The notes beneath the pieces were generated by a model. The model was not told the DNA's origin. It was given only the letters and a program-made list of their open reading frames with translations, and did not search any database. Below, in pieces: positions 29,783 to 44,052 of a DNA stretch of 64,000 bases (positions are counted from its first letter, which is position 1; each line of letters starts with the position of its first letter). The translations under genes and the position numbers were made by a program. Source of the DNA: Eledone cirrhosa (lineage: Eukaryota); the NCBI GenBank assembly GCA_964016885.1, contig OZ024741.1, positions 16,182,001 through 16,246,000 on the forward strand, read 5' to 3'.

Positions 29783-31392
29783 TATAAATGAAATAACAGG
29801 AGGCTGGACTGGTGTAAATCCTTGAAAGGTTTATTATACTATGATCATTTCAATGACCGGGTTCCTTATGAATCCGGTGATATCATCAGGTATTGGAATA
29901 TAACAAAGGAATATGTAAAAAGCCATGGGTCCGAAAAATCAGAGACAGAGGGGACGGCTGACCAACTAGCTTCTCAGCCAGCCGCCCTCAAAGTGTTGGC
30001 AACTGAAAACTACCAATGAATATCTGGTAAGGGGGCGAAGGCTTATAATGCGCTACCACCACTCCGTCAAAGAAGAAGGAGAAGAAAGAAAGGGAGAAAG
30101 AAGTGAAGTGTAAGGGTCAAACTACATTCGTGTTAGAAAATGCCGCGAAAAAATGCTACCCAAAGAATCTATAATGGGTGTCTGTATGGTCTAATGTGTG
30201 AACCGAAGATTGGAACGTTAAACTTATGTTGCGAGTTATAGGATGAAATTAAATTAAATTAAAAATATTAAATTGCAAAATGGTAAATTGAAAAATAGAG
30301 GTAGCGAGATTTATTTATTTAATGAACTTACGGAGAGAGTTTTATATGAAAAAAATGTTTAACTCGATAAGATATTAGGATGGGATATAGAGTAAAGATT
30401 TCGATTAGGATCCCAGCCAGCACACCCACCACCATGAGTCAGCCAGTCTCGAGTGGTATCGTCCAGCGAAAGAAATGGAAATTAATTATTCCGAGTACTC
30501 TAGGAACGTAGCTAACTTTGGCCCCGGAATCGCTAGCGGGAACTCCACAATTTCGACAGGCCATCGTCTATACCACGAATACTATTAAATCACACATGGT
30601 GGTGGGTGTGCTGGCTGGGATCCTAATCGAAATCTTTACTCTATATCCCATCCTAATATCTTATCGAGTTAAACATGTTTTTCATATAAAACTCTCTCCG
30701 TAAGTTCATTAAATAAATAAATCTCGCTACCTCTATTTTTCAATTTACCATTTTGCAATTTAATATTTTTAATTTAATTTAATTTCATCCTATAACTCGC
30801 AACATAAGTTTAACGTTCCAATCTTCGGTTCACACATTAGACCATACAGACACCCATTATAGATTCTTTGGGTAGCATTCTTTTCGCGGCATTTTCTAAC
30901 ACGAATGTAGTTTGACCCTTACACTACACTTCTTTCTCCCTTTCTTTCTTCCCCTTCTTCTTTGACGGAGTGGTGGTAGCGCATTATAAGCCTTCGCCCC
31001 CTTACCAGATATTCATTGGTAGTTTTCAGTTGCCAACACTTTGAGGGCGGCTGGCTGAGAAGCTAGTTGGTCAGCCGTCCCCTCTGTCTCTGATTTTTCG
31101 GACCCATGGCTTTTTACATATTCCTTTGTTATATTCCAATACCTGATGATATCACCGGATTCATATGGAACCCGATCATTGAAATGACCATAGTATAATA
31201 AACCTTTCAAGGATTTACACCAGTCCAGCCTCCTGTTATTTCATTTATAATTAACTCCGTATTCGCACCACCAACTACACAAACGAAGACGAGTGAACTG
31301 CACTGCGTTGAGTACTCTACACAATATTACACCGGGATTGACCATGCGGAAGAACCTGTTCTATCCAGTGGTGAACCAACAAACCTAAAGAA
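29783..31392 (+). mobile_element. 1.6-kb fold-back element, arms about 650 bp (29783-30436 / 30595-31249); hammerheads at 29836-29893 (-) and 31139-31196 (+)
   Basis: Near-identical inverted arms; ATAC-CTGATGA-stem II-GAAA-TGA(T/C)CA-TA-GTAT. Confidence 0.88.
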
Positions 31393-31520
<128 letters not shown>

Positions 31521-31841
31521 GAGGAAAGAGAGACAGTCAGACAGGCAGGCAGATAAATAGATATAAATATATGTACACTGTAAGGGTTACAGGGTGGTGG
31601 ATTGTGGCTGTTTTGTAAAAGACTGTAGTGATGGTAACGATTATGGTGGCGCTGGAGTCAATGACGAAGTATTTTAGAAGCTATAAAATGTTTCCAATTG
31701 TCATATCTGAACTCCATCCATTTTCTTATGTTTAGATAGATCGGAATTGTGACATCTCACTGTCGCCAGCTGATGTTTGTTTTGCGGCTTTTATATATAA
31801 ATATATACACACACAGAGACAGATGCATACACACACACACA

Positions 31842-31887
<46 letters not shown>

Positions 31888-31983
31888 CGTACATACCTAC
31901 ATATACATATAGAGATGCGTGTATCTATTGCTATATATATTTGTGTGTGTGTGTGTGTGTCTATTGCTCTCTCTTTCTTTCTT

Positions 31984-32061
<78 letters not shown>

Positions 32062-32065
<4 letters not shown>

Positions 32066-32335
32066 GAGGTTATATTTAATTTGTTGGGATTCAACATGCT
32101 TAAACATTTTTATAACTTATATAAAGCATTCAACAAGTAAGTGGAGAAAATATACAATATATTAATAAATGGAAACTATATTTATAAAACCATAATTATT
32201 TTATTATATATATTTCAAGGGCAACCAAGGTAGATTATGGTGCGCTTTCATCAGATAAAATACAGATTTGTTTTATAAATAAATATTGACATACCCGGAA
32301 AAAAAGACAACCTCAACGGTTGAAATTCGCTGGAT
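32062..32335 (-). mobile_element. pLTR fragment with hammerhead at 32199-32260 (-)
   Basis: Reverse complement of the 11230-11495 family. Confidence 0.75.
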
Positions 32336-32380
32336 ATATATATATACGTATATATACATATGTATACACATATATATATG

Positions 32381-32445
<65 letters not shown>

Positions 32446-32483
32446 CATGTGAGAAAAACCACAAACCCTCATTCTCAATTCTA

Positions 32484-32520
32484 CTTTTGAAAAGCAGAAG
32501 AACTGCGAAACCGGTAAAGG
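32484..32520 (+). ncRNA. Hammerhead motif with UUGAAAA (U3-A8) core
   Basis: CTT-TTGAAAA-GCAG aagaa CTGC-GAAA-CCGG-TA-AAG(G). Confidence 0.7.
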
Positions 32521-32585
32521 AACCAAATAAATATATATTTTAAAAAAAAGACTCCAGTTGCATTTTTGATTTCATCTTTTTTTTC

Positions 32586-32701
<116 letters not shown>

Positions 32702-32734
32702 GATCCAGTGTAATATCGGGGGGGGGGGGGGCAA

Positions 32735-33133
32735 CTGGGCAAAACCAAACAGCAAGAGACCCAGGGGTTGACCCCGAGCAAGATGGTTGGATAACATCCA
32801 AGAGGTTGGCTGGTCTCGCCTGGGGATCCAGCCGGATCAGTTGGAGACGGTTGCTTCTGATAGGACCTGGTGGAAGGAGGACTCTGCTCCCACCAGCCTC
32901 TCAAGAAGAAGAAGAAGAAGAAGAAGAAGAAGAAGAAGAAGAAGAAGAAGAAGAAGAAGAAGAAGAAGAAGAAGGGGAGGAGGAGGAGGAGGAGGAGGAG
33001 GAGGGGGGAGAAGAAGAAGAAGAAGAAGAAGAAGAAGAAGAAGAAGAAGAAGAAGAAGAAGAAGAAGAAGAAGAAGAAGAAGAAGAAGAAGAAGAAGAAG
33101 AAGAAGAAGAAGAAGAAGAAGAAGAAGAAGAAG
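32735..33133 (+). mobile_element. RTE 3' end with (GAA)n tail
   Basis: RPRG*PRARWLDNIQ..WSRLGI..ASDRTWW followed by a long GAA run. Confidence 0.75.
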
Positions 33134-33242
33134 AGTATATGTGCATATATATATATATATATATATACATATGACTCCTACAAGGGTAGAACAGTTTCAT
33201 TCGTTTGAAATCATGGACTTTTCTGATGATTTCAAAAACATT

Positions 33243-33275
<33 letters not shown>

Positions 33276-33384
33276 TGAGAGAGAGGGGGGGAGAGAGAAT
33301 GTATGTACAGCGAGAGAGAAAGTGAGAGAGAGAGAGATTTGATTAAGTATGTTATAGTAAAACTTGTGTTGACTCAACAGACAA

Positions 33385-33515
33385 TAAAGTAAGAGGTAGA
33401 CAACGTCAGTGTCTGAAGACTGGCACCCGACTCTAACCTGGTGGTCCCGACCAACAGGATGGAGAAGACATTGCCACGGAGGACGGTGAGGGAGAGGCGT
33501 TGGAACTGCCACACC
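33385..33515 (-). pseudogene. CRE-type element 3' end
   Basis: Minus strand reads WQFQRLSLTVLRGNVFSIL, like 18780-18900. Confidence 0.55.
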
Positions 33516-33596
33516 TGCGGAAAAAATCAAATTTACGTCCTTTCTTCGTAAACCATTGTAGCTTAGTTTACATCTGCTTAAAAGATAAGGCTTATT

Positions 33597-33787
33597 AATT
33601 GTTTCTACTTTAGGCACAAGGCCAGCAATTACCCCCAGTGTATTACTGGTACTTTATTTTATCGACCCCCGTAAGGATGAAAGGCAAAGTCAACCTCGGC
33701 GGGATTTGAACTCAGATCGTAAAGGGACGTAACTATGCTGGAAAACATGGCGTTCGACCCTCTACCGATACTGCCAATCCACCGCCC
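33597..33787 (-). mobile_element. Full-length SINE
   Basis: Reverse complement of the 29462 family; ATAAGGCTTATTAAT on both sides (TSD-like). Confidence 0.85.
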
Positions 33788-33973
33788 GATAAGGCTTATT
33801 AATGATCATTGAGTGGTCAGTTTCGCTTCAATAACATATTAATAGTAACGCCAACATCCGCCATACGGTCTGTATGACAGTGATAACCACAGCTGTCATC
33901 TTTCCCTTACTAGGAGCATATATGTCCAACTTGTTGGACTATTTTTTAGTTAAACCTACTTCGTAACACACAC

Positions 33974-34021
<48 letters not shown>

Positions 34022-34084
34022 AATAAATTTACTTCGTGACAGCTTACAATTATGTAATATACATTCAACATATATATATGTAAT

Positions 34085-34246
34085 AATTGTTTCTACTTTT
34101 TGGCACAAGGCCAGCAATTATCCCAGTGTATTACTGGTACTTTATTTTATCGACCCCGTAAGGATGAAAGGCAAAGTTAACCTCGGCGGGATTTGAACTC
34201 AGTCCGTAAAAGGACGTAACTGTGCTGCAAAGCATGGCGTCCGACC
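34085..34246 (-). mobile_element. SINE copy, 5'-truncated
   Basis: Same family. Confidence 0.8.
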
Positions 34247-34255
34247 AATAGTAAT

Positions 34256-34650
34256 ATATAAGGGAACAAAGAATCAGTGTTGCGTCATATACATATTTAA
34301 TTACATATTACATATGTTTCACAGTCGATCAGCTCGAGGAACGATCTATTAATGATCGAACCTGACTCTGGAATCGAAAGGTCCTCGGATATGTTTTAAC
34401 ATGTAGACTCGCATCTTAGAGTGGTTGAAAATTATCCGGGATAATATTCAATCAAGTTCGATCATTAATAGATCGTTCCTCGAGCTGATCGACAATGAAA
34501 CATATGTAATATGTAATTAAATATATATATGATGCAACACTGATTCTTTGTTCCTTTATATTGAAACTATTGATACTCTGCTCCCCAAGAACATCGAGTG
34601 CTCATTCGGCATACCGCATATGGACGTAATTAATTTGTTCCTTAATACTA
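34256..34650. mobile_element. Fold-back element; hammerhead with enlarged stem II at 34304-34393 (-)
   Basis: CATAT-CCGAGGA-long insert-GAAA-CATATG-TA-ATATG. Confidence 0.7.
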
Positions 34651-35082
34651 TATATACATAGGGATTTTCGGTCCCTACCAACGGTACTGCTAGTCCATCC
34701 GGGATCACAGCGTCTGACATAAGCCAAACACTGTCCCAAGGTGTAAAAGACGAAAGACCAACAATATATCGCAGCCGTTAAGCTGTTACAAAGTAAATCT
34801 ATGTTGTTTTGTTTCGTCTCTTACTCCATAAAACAGCGCTATGACTTATGTCAGACGTTGTGACCCCGGGTGGAGCAGCAATACCGTTAGTAGGCGTCGA
34901 AACTGCCAAAGTCCTTCACAACGGAGATGACCCTAGAGTCTTTCGTTTGTATTTTCATTTTCAAAAAATATTTTTTTAAGCTTCCCTCTTTAAAAAATTA
35001 TTTTTTGTTTTACCTTGTTTTCGTTCGTTATCTTGTCCTTTCGTTGTTAATTTTCCTAAGACTATCATCACTATTATACATA

Positions 35083-35157
<75 letters not shown>

Positions 35158-35970
35158 AGGGTGTGGGGGAATGGTTGTGGGTGTGTTTGTGTGACTCAGT
35201 ATGTGTGAGGGGCTCTGTATATGTGTGTATGCGTCTGCATATGTGTCTGTGTACATATATATAGAGAGATACATATAAAGAGAAAGAGAGAACACGAGAG
35301 AGAGCGGGAAAGAGAGAGAGATGGAATACCCCATTGTGTCCTTCTGTATTCTACTGACTATAAAATACCATATCTCTAATACTATTTTAGATTTTACCTT
35401 TTCATTGTTTTAATTTATAAATTTCAAGTTTCAAGTTCTGAACATGTCACAATATGTTCACTTCTACAGGAGGTAGTTGTAATTTCCTCTTCTACAGGAA
35501 GTGGCTATAATTTTCTGTAACAAAATGACATCTATGAAATAAAAGCTCAGTGTTTTGTGGTTTCAAAGACTTTATGCTCACCCAGTAGATATAGTAGTCT
35601 TACATATGACATTTAGCCAGGTAAAAAGCAAAACATTATTACTGCAAATACAGGTTAACTCTTCCTTTAGCTGGGAATTAATATCTAAAAATAAGGGAGG
35701 CAACTCCAAGAAAAGCAACTAATTGAAATTTTGGTAAATATAGATCTTGTTTTGAAGTTCGGAGGTAAAAAGGAACTAAATTAGTCCTTCAACCATATAG
35801 TTGATCTCATATGAAATGTCACTATATTTCCTATATTTCTATATACATTGAGCACTCTTAGCCTTCGTAACAAATTATTGTTATAGGTAGTCCACTTAAG
35901 TGTAGTCCAGTTATGGTACTCCGGGTAGTGGAATTTTTTGTATAGCAAACCATGTCACTCTTCTTTCCTG

Positions 35971-36002
<32 letters not shown>

Positions 36003-36009
<7 letters not shown>

Positions 36010-36428
36010 TTCCAAATATTAACAAAATAGATATTCTTGTGATCAATTATATTTTATTATACATATTTCAGAGATACTGAATTAAGTTCAACAGTACGTC
36101 CTCATCAGATAAAATAAAATGATACATGACATACCCTGACATGGTAGATGGTTAAGATTTAATCACTACCTTGATTAAATCTGAACCATCTACCATGTCA
36201 GGGTATGTCATGTATCATTTTATTTTATCTGATGAGGACGTACTGTTGAACTTAATTCAGTATCTCTGAAATATGTATAATAAAATATAATTGATCACAA
36301 GAATATCTATTTTGTTAATATTTGGAATTAATATTAATAACTCTGGAAAATTATTCTCGTAGAGTGCTTCCAATCTATTGTAAAACTCATTCTTTGATGT
36401 ATTCATTGAATTTTGTTTAACTCTTAAA
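36003..36428 (+). mobile_element. Fold-back element; hammerhead at 36221-36287 and mirror copy
   Basis: TATTTTAT-CTGATGA-stem II-GAAA-TATGTA-TA-ATAAAATA; essentially perfect arms. Confidence 0.88.
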
Positions 36429-36446
36429 TATATATATATATATATA

Positions 36447-36688
36447 TATTTATTAAAATAACAGATTAAAGTTTAAGCAAAGAATCGCTGCTTTCACCCT
36501 TAACGGGATCTTCTGAAACTTTGTTAGTTTCAGAAGATCCCGTTAAGGGTGAAAGCAGCGATTCTTTGCTTAAACTTTAATCTGTTATTTTAATAAATAT
36601 TTGCTCTACGGTTCTTATATATTTGATATATATTTATCCTTATCGAGCCCTCTTTGGATTTTAGTCTTCAAATTTATTATTATTACTA
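36447..36688 (+). mobile_element. Fold-back element; CAGAAGA-core hammerhead at 36527-36575 (second copy 57700-58078)
   Basis: GTTT-CAGAAGA-tCCC gttaa GGGt-GAAA-GCAG cgattct TTGC-TT-AAAC. Confidence 0.78.
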
Positions 36689-36769
36689 TATATATATATA
36701 TATATATATATCATATATATCATATGTATTTATATTATATATATCATAAGTATTTATATTATATATTAT

Positions 36770-38520
36770 ACTAGCAGTAAAGCCCGTCGTTGCTCGGGGC
36801 TTCTCAGTAGCTGTGTTAAAGTTACAATGTTAAGTTCCCTTCTTGGCTTAAAAACTGTAGAGTCTACAGTGTAGACTTTCATGTGGTACTTTTGATTAAT
36901 ATTCCCTCAACCAACAGTATGCCTTATGAAATTAAGAAAACATAACCATAACCCGAATGTTAAAACAAAAGAGGATGCTTGGGATAAAAACTGCGCTGCT
37001 AATCTATTAACAAATCGAAAATGTAAACACTGCAACACTTATCTCAGAGAAAAACATCAGCGTAACCAAACAATCAGTTATTTTGAAACAAAGAAATTGG
37101 ATGAACATGAAAAACAAAAAAAAAATGCGTTATCTGTCTGTCGTTTAAAATCTCATAAAGCTTTATTCGAGATGAATGCTTTATTTACAAAATATTTGCT
37201 TGTTTTACGGTGTATTCAAATAGGCGGTGTTTTCAAGTAAAAATATTGTTTTAAAAGACTTTTTAATGGAAATGAAGCAAAATGGAAGATTAATGTAGAA
37301 ACTTCGAACTCATGAATTTTGCAGGTTAAAATTTTGGCTGGCCCGAAAGTTGTTTATGTATTTTTGTACTTTTGCACACGTCGTTTATACTTAACATAAA
37401 TAGTTAAGCAAATGACGCCATAAAAGGGAAATAACTCGTCTCACATCTCTATACATTTGAACTGAAAAATCAATACATTACAAATTCGATTTTTGCACTT
37501 GGCGTGTGTCGATTTTAAACTTTTTTTGACCGATGTCTCCGCCGGAACTTCATCTATAAGTGTAGCAATTTCACCGAAATTTGAACGTACGGTTTAGGAG
37601 GAGATGTGTGCCGACCGTTTTAGTAGACAGACAGACAACCTCAGTTTTATATATATACTAGCAGTAAAGCCCGGCGTTGCTCGGGGTCGCTCAGTAGCTG
37701 TGTTAAAGTTACAATGTTAAGTTTCTTTCTTGGCTTAAAAACTGTAGTGTCTACTGTGCAGACTTGCATGTGGTGTTTTTGATTAATATTCCCTCAACCA
37801 ACAATATGCCTTATGAAGTTAAGAAAACATAACGATAACCCGAATGTTATAACAAAAGAGGATGCTGGGGATAGAAACTGCACTGGTTATTTATTAACAA
37901 AGATCGAAAATGTAAACACTGCAACGCAGAGAAAAACATTAGCGTAACCAAATTATCAGTTATGTCTGTCTGCACGCCTATATCACCTCTCTGCACGACT
38001 GTCTGTCTGCACGCCTATATCACCTCTCTGCACGACTGTCTGTCTGCACGACTGTCTGTCTGCACGCCTAACGACGAAATATTTGCTTGTTTTACGTAGT
38101 CTTTAAATAGACTTGTTTTCAAGTAAAAATATTGTTTTAAAATGCTTTTAAATGGAAATGAAGCAAAACGGAAGCTTAGTGTTCGAACTGATGAATTTTG
38201 CAGGTCAATATTTTGCTGGCTCGACAACTGTTAATGTCATTTTAAACGCTGAGAAAACCAGCGTAATTTTTTACGTAAGACGCTCAATGTAAACAGAACA
38301 AAGGGAAATAACTGATCACTTACGCTCAAAAATCGATACATTATATTCGATTTCGTCACATAGGGTGGGTCAATTTGAAATATTTTTTTTTCCGATGTCT
38401 TCGCTAGGGCTCAATGTACAAGTATAGCAATTTCGGTGCAATTCCGTGAGAGATTCTAAGAGGAGAAGTGTGCCAAAAATCGATAGACAGACAGACAACC
38501 ACAGTTTTATATATATAGAT
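36770..38520 (+). mobile_element. Two head-to-tail non-autonomous Helitron-like (Lep1-style) copies, junction about 37657
   Basis: Each begins ACTAGCAGTAAAGCCCG..CGGGG and ends AGACAGACAGACAACC.CAGTTTTATATAT. Confidence 0.7.
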
Positions 38521-38622
38521 ATATGTATATACATATATATATTTGAAAAAAAGGAAATATACCTAATCATTCTTTTCCTTTATTTCAAATATACCTAACT
38601 GTACCAAGGATCTCACACATTT

Positions 38623-38689
<67 letters not shown>

Positions 38690-38789
38690 TATACATATAT
38701 ATATATATAGTGTGTGTAAAGAGAAACAGATAGGTAAATCCATATATGTATAACCATATACATAAATACAATGTTAGAACATATATATA

Positions 38790-38865
<76 letters not shown>

Positions 38866-38879
38866 GTGGGGGGTTTTTT

Positions 38880-39150
38880 TACAGAATGAAAAATAACCGA
38901 GGTGTCCTACACGAGTGAAAGTATAAAGAAAAAAAGATTAAATCGAAAATGCAACTGGAGTCTTATTTTTTTTTTTTTTATATATTTATTTGGTTCCTCA
39001 GATGTAAGAAAAACCACAGACCCTCCATCTCAACTCTACTTTTGAAAATCAGAAGAACTGCGAAACCGGTAAAGGAACCAAATAAATATATATATATTTT
39101 TTTTAAATAAGACTCCAGTTGCATTTTCGATTTCATCTTTTTTTCTCTAT
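38880..39150. mobile_element. Fold-back copy of the U3-A8 hammerhead family (motif 39039-39075)
   Basis: Homologous to 32440-32585 and 45027-45348. Confidence 0.75.
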
Positions 39151-39681
39151 ATATATATACATATATGGAGAACAGGATTGGCTGCGTAATTGCTAGTTAA
39201 CGTAGCTTAAAATGGAATGACTGGTTTAGAATGGAATGAAATAGACTGTTTTTCTACACACGCGGCTGACACATTTCAACTCGCTACTATATCGCTCTAT
39301 AATGGAAAATCGCATTTAAAGTCCGTTAAAGGTTCTTGGCACCATCGCTTTCCTCTAGCCATGGGACTTGGAGACGTGAGCCGAATGCTACCATTCTATT
39401 ATACATCGATGTGGACTGCTATTTCTAATAACCATCTTTTCACTTCTTATTAATTTGTGTGTGAGACACGTTGGCCGAGGACTTTTGACGCGAACGAAAA
39501 GATTGGTTTACTACTCTCCCGCCACCACGTAAAATTTGTAAATCGGTGGCTAGTCGAGAGATAGAGTCGAATCGGGTGTCAGCTGCTAATCGCTTTACCG
39601 TGTCGGTTGTCACAGACAGTCATGACCGGCATGGGCTGAGGTTTGAATTCTGTCGATCGATTGCTTATTGATTAGGCGATA

Positions 39682-39791
39682 CACGCTGATGAAGCCGCAT
39701 AAGCCGATTGTGCATTGTTGCATAATATATGCAGACACATGGTGCAGTACACCTTACTGCTGCATTAGTGCGGCCGAAACTCGAGTCCGGG
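39682..39791 (+). ncRNA. Hammerhead motif with about 83-nt branched stem II
   Basis: CACG-CTGATGA-aGCCGCA...TGCGGCc-GAAA-CTCGAG-TC-CGGG. Confidence 0.6.
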
Positions 39792-39961
39792 AACTATTAT
39801 AGGCACCAGTTTTACATGTGTTGTATTGAAGCGAAGAACTATGTGTATCTTACATTAACCATGGAGTACGCTGAGACACAACCGGTACTGGTATTGATAA
39901 ATATGGTGGGTACGTCAACTCCTTATTATATATATATATGTGTATATATATATATATATAA

Positions 39962-40078
<117 letters not shown>

Positions 40079-40097
40079 AGATATATATATATATATA

Positions 40098-41528
40098 TAT
40101 TTCGTTTCTGAATTTGTTTAGCAAGATTCTTTATCTGAAATCGTGTGTTGAAACCGATATTGTTATACTTTGGGAGGGTCATGTTGCCAATAAGAAACAC
40201 ACGCACCAGTTGCTTTCACTTCAATTTATTATATATTTATAAATTTCTGGTTGGTTGGTTGGTTCCACAACCAGATAGTTGTTTATATATAGTCATAGTT
40301 CTTTCGTCACACACTCTGTGACCTCTTCAGTGACTGGGGATTCCTTTCTTTGTTTCTGTGCCTCTCCTTTGTTCTGTCCTACGCCATTTTGTTTCTGTGT
40401 GTGTGTTGTGTGCTCAGTCTGCGCATGCGCCACATCCGGGTGTCTGTGTGTGTTTATATCCATTTATTTATTTGTTTATTTACATCTTACTGGTTGGTTG
40501 TTTGTTCTATGTGTGTGTGTGTTTTCATTTTGTCCTTAATTGTAAGTTGTGATGTTGCTGTTCCACTCATATTTTCTATTTAATTTTGGTTGTAATTCTT
40601 TTATGTTTATTGCCTCTGTAATTTGTCTAAACATTGCGTCTTTTCTGTGTGTAGATTCTATTTTTATTTCTATGTTCTCTAATTTACCCTTGTGTTCTAT
40701 CTTAGCATGTTGGTAGAGTACAGATGATTCTTTATTATCTTGAAGGTCTCGCCAGTGTTCATTTATCCGTTCCCCTACACTACGAGCTGTCTCACCTATG
40801 TACATTATATTTTTGTCTCTACATTGTCCTTCAGTACATCTTATGCTATACACTACATTTCTAGTTTTACAGTTAATATGGGGGCTTATTTTACAGGTTA
40901 TACATTTCTTATCTATACATGAGGGTCTTTGAAAAGGGTATGTATGTCTTGCTAATAAGTGTTTTTACGGAGGTACCTGGTCTTTCTACTATCTTAATAT
41001 TGAGTTTATGTTTATTTAGGGCCCTTCTAAATTTGTAAGCTAATTCACCTCTAGGGGTTGTATTGATGAACATTACACTCTGGTATTTATTGCTATCATA
41101 CCATGAGTTTATTCTATTAGCCTTGTTCCTAGTTCTTTCTATTCTATTCCAAAATTTGCTCCAACCAGTAACATGTAAATAAACAAGTAACATGTAAATA
41201 AACAAATAAATAAATGAACATAAACACACACAGACACCCGGATGTGGCGCATGCGCAGACTGAGCACACAACACACACACAGAAACAAAATGGCGTAGGA
41301 CAGAACAAAGGAGAGGCACAGAAACAAAGAAAGGAATCCCCAGTCACTGAAGAGGTCACAGAGTGTGTGACGAAAGAACTATGACTATATATAAACAACT
41401 ATCTGGTTGTGGAACCAACCAACCAACCAGAAATTTATAAATTTATAAATTTATAAATATATAATAAATTGAAGTGGAAGCAACTGGTGCATGTGTTTCT
41501 TATTGGCAACATGACCCTCCCAAAGTAT

Positions 41529-41535
<7 letters not shown>
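40098..41535 (-). mobile_element. 5'-truncated PLE with inverted pLTR; hammerheads at 40291-40335 (-) and 41342-41386 (+)
   Basis: GIY-YIG (VVYSIRC..MYIGETARSVGERINEH) at 40536-40860; related to 14054-15786; AGTCA-CTGAAGA-gGTCACA gagtg TGTGAC-GAAA-GAAC-TA-TGACT. Confidence 0.9.
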
Positions 41536-41578
<43 letters not shown>

Positions 41579-41987
41579 ATATATATATATATATACACAC
41601 ACAGACACGGTACATACACTCACACACCCAGTTACTCACATAGGCAGGAATTATTCATTTATCTGTCTGCCTGTGTGATTCTACTCCTCTGTCACTCTAA
41701 CTCGTTATATCTTGTATTTATCTAACATATTAGTCTACTATCCACATTGTACCTAAGCCGCCATTACACCCATCTAGACGATATATTATCGTCTGTTTTA
41801 TTCATTTGTTCTATATGAATTATCGTCATTTAAATCTCGTCTCTCTATTCCATATCGTTCATCCTGCTCATAAAGCCATCATTCCCTCCCATTTTTCTCT
41901 CATACAATTATATATAATTACATACACACATACACATATACCAACACATACGCACTCACTCATACGCACACATACATATATATATAT

Positions 41988-42032
<45 letters not shown>

Positions 42033-42044
42033 TATATATATAGA

Positions 42045-42126
<82 letters not shown>

Positions 42127-42169
42127 CATGTATATATATATATAGGCATATATATATATATAGGTATAG

Positions 42170-42203
<34 letters not shown>

Positions 42204-42206
42204 ATG

Positions 42207-42286
<80 letters not shown>

Positions 42287-42310
42287 CATATATATATATA
42301 TAGGTATAGG

Positions 42311-42363
<53 letters not shown>

Positions 42364-42814
42364 ATGGGTATATATATATATATATATATATACATATATA
42401 TATAATGTGTGGTATAATAGACAAGATATACAATTATATAGATGTACCGTAGACATTTATCAATAGACAGATGCGGCAAAATAGACGCATTCATCTATAT
42501 AGATATGCACACACACACGCACACTCACACAGACCCCGACACACACACACACACTCACGTAAGCAATCACACACACACATATAAAGAGGCGTAATAAAAA
42601 TTATCCCCACCACAATTAACAGCCATATCTTTATCTTTTACCTTCAGTACCGCTTGGTGGAGCCACCTGTCACATCCTGTCAACAGTGGGTGGCCATCTG
42701 ACTGATGCATCAAAGATCATAATCAACATTCACACATATACACACACACAAACACACATACACAAATACACACACACATATATATAACACCGTTATGTAT
42801 ATAACTATATCTAC

Positions 42815-42852
<38 letters not shown>

Positions 42853-42912
42853 CTGTGTGTGCATATATGTGTGAATGAGTCTATATATGTATAAATGTAT
42901 TCATACACACAC

Positions 42913-42962
<50 letters not shown>

Positions 42963-43519
42963 GTGTGTGTGTGTGTGTCTGTAGGTGAATATTAACCTAA
43001 TTTTCTTTCTACACACATACATATCTACGCTTACACAACCACACGTATTTGCACATGCACACAAAAACACAAAGAAGCGTGTGTGTGTGTCAGTACGTGT
43101 GTATATATGTGAGTATGTGTATGCGTGTGTGTGCACAAGAGTGTGGAAGAGTGTGTATGTTTGGGTGCGGGTGTGTATGTGTACATGAGTGTGTGTGGGT
43201 GCATGTGCGTAGGTGTGTGTGAATATGCGTGTGTGTGTGGAAGAGTGTGTGTGTGGTCATGAGTGTGTGTGTGTGTATGTGTGTGTGTGTGGAAGAGTGT
43301 GTGTGTGTGTGCAAAAGTGTGTGTATGTGTGCAAGAGTGTGTGTCTGCGCGCGCGTGTGTGTATGTTTGCATGTGTGTTTGTGTGTGCGCTGTATGTGCA
43401 TGAGTGTGTGTGTGTGTAAGCCAGAGTGTGTGTATGTGTTTAAATTGTCTAAAACACACATTACTGTTTTATGGAGGTAAGATGAATGAGAGGGGGGTCA
43501 AGGGGAGAACTGTTGTTTG

Positions 43520-44052
43520 GAGGTGGTGGTGTGGTGTGGTGTGGTGGTGGTGGTGTGGTGTTGTGGTGGTGTGGTGGTGGTGTGGTGGTGTGGTGGTGTG
43601 GTGTGGTGTGGTGGTGTGGTGGTGTGGTGTGGTGTGGTGGTGGTGGTGTGGTGTTGTGGTGGTGTGGTGGTGGTGTGGTGGTGTGGTGGTGTGGTGTGGT
43701 GGTGTGGTGGTGTGGTGGTGGTGTGGTGGTGGTGTGGTGGTGTGGTGGTGTGGTGGTGTGGTGTGGTGGTGGTGTGGTGGTGGTGTGGTGGTGTGGTGGT
43801 GTGGTGGTGTGGTGGTGGTGTGGTGGTGATGTGTGGTGGTGTGGTGTGGTGGTGTGGTGGTGGTGGTGTGATGGTGTGGTGGTGTGAGGGTGTGGTGGTG
43901 TGGTAGTGGTAGTGTGGTGGTGTGGGGGTGTGGTGGTGTGGTGGTGTTGTGGTGGTGGTGTGGTGGTGTGGTGGTGGTGTGGTGGTGTGGTGTGCTGGTG
44001 GTGGTGGTGTGGTGGTGGTGGCGGTGGTGTGGTGGTGGTGGTGATGTGGTGA
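43520..44052 (+). repeat. (GGT/GGTGT)n G-rich array
   Basis: Directly visible. Confidence 0.9.

Noticed and set aside
33430-33530. Apparent spliced exon on the minus strand
   Set aside because: Translation matches a CRE retrotransposon C-terminus, also seen at 18780-18900
42625-42700. Pyrimidine tract plus CAG followed by a short open frame
   Set aside because: No strong donor site, partner exons or recognisable protein
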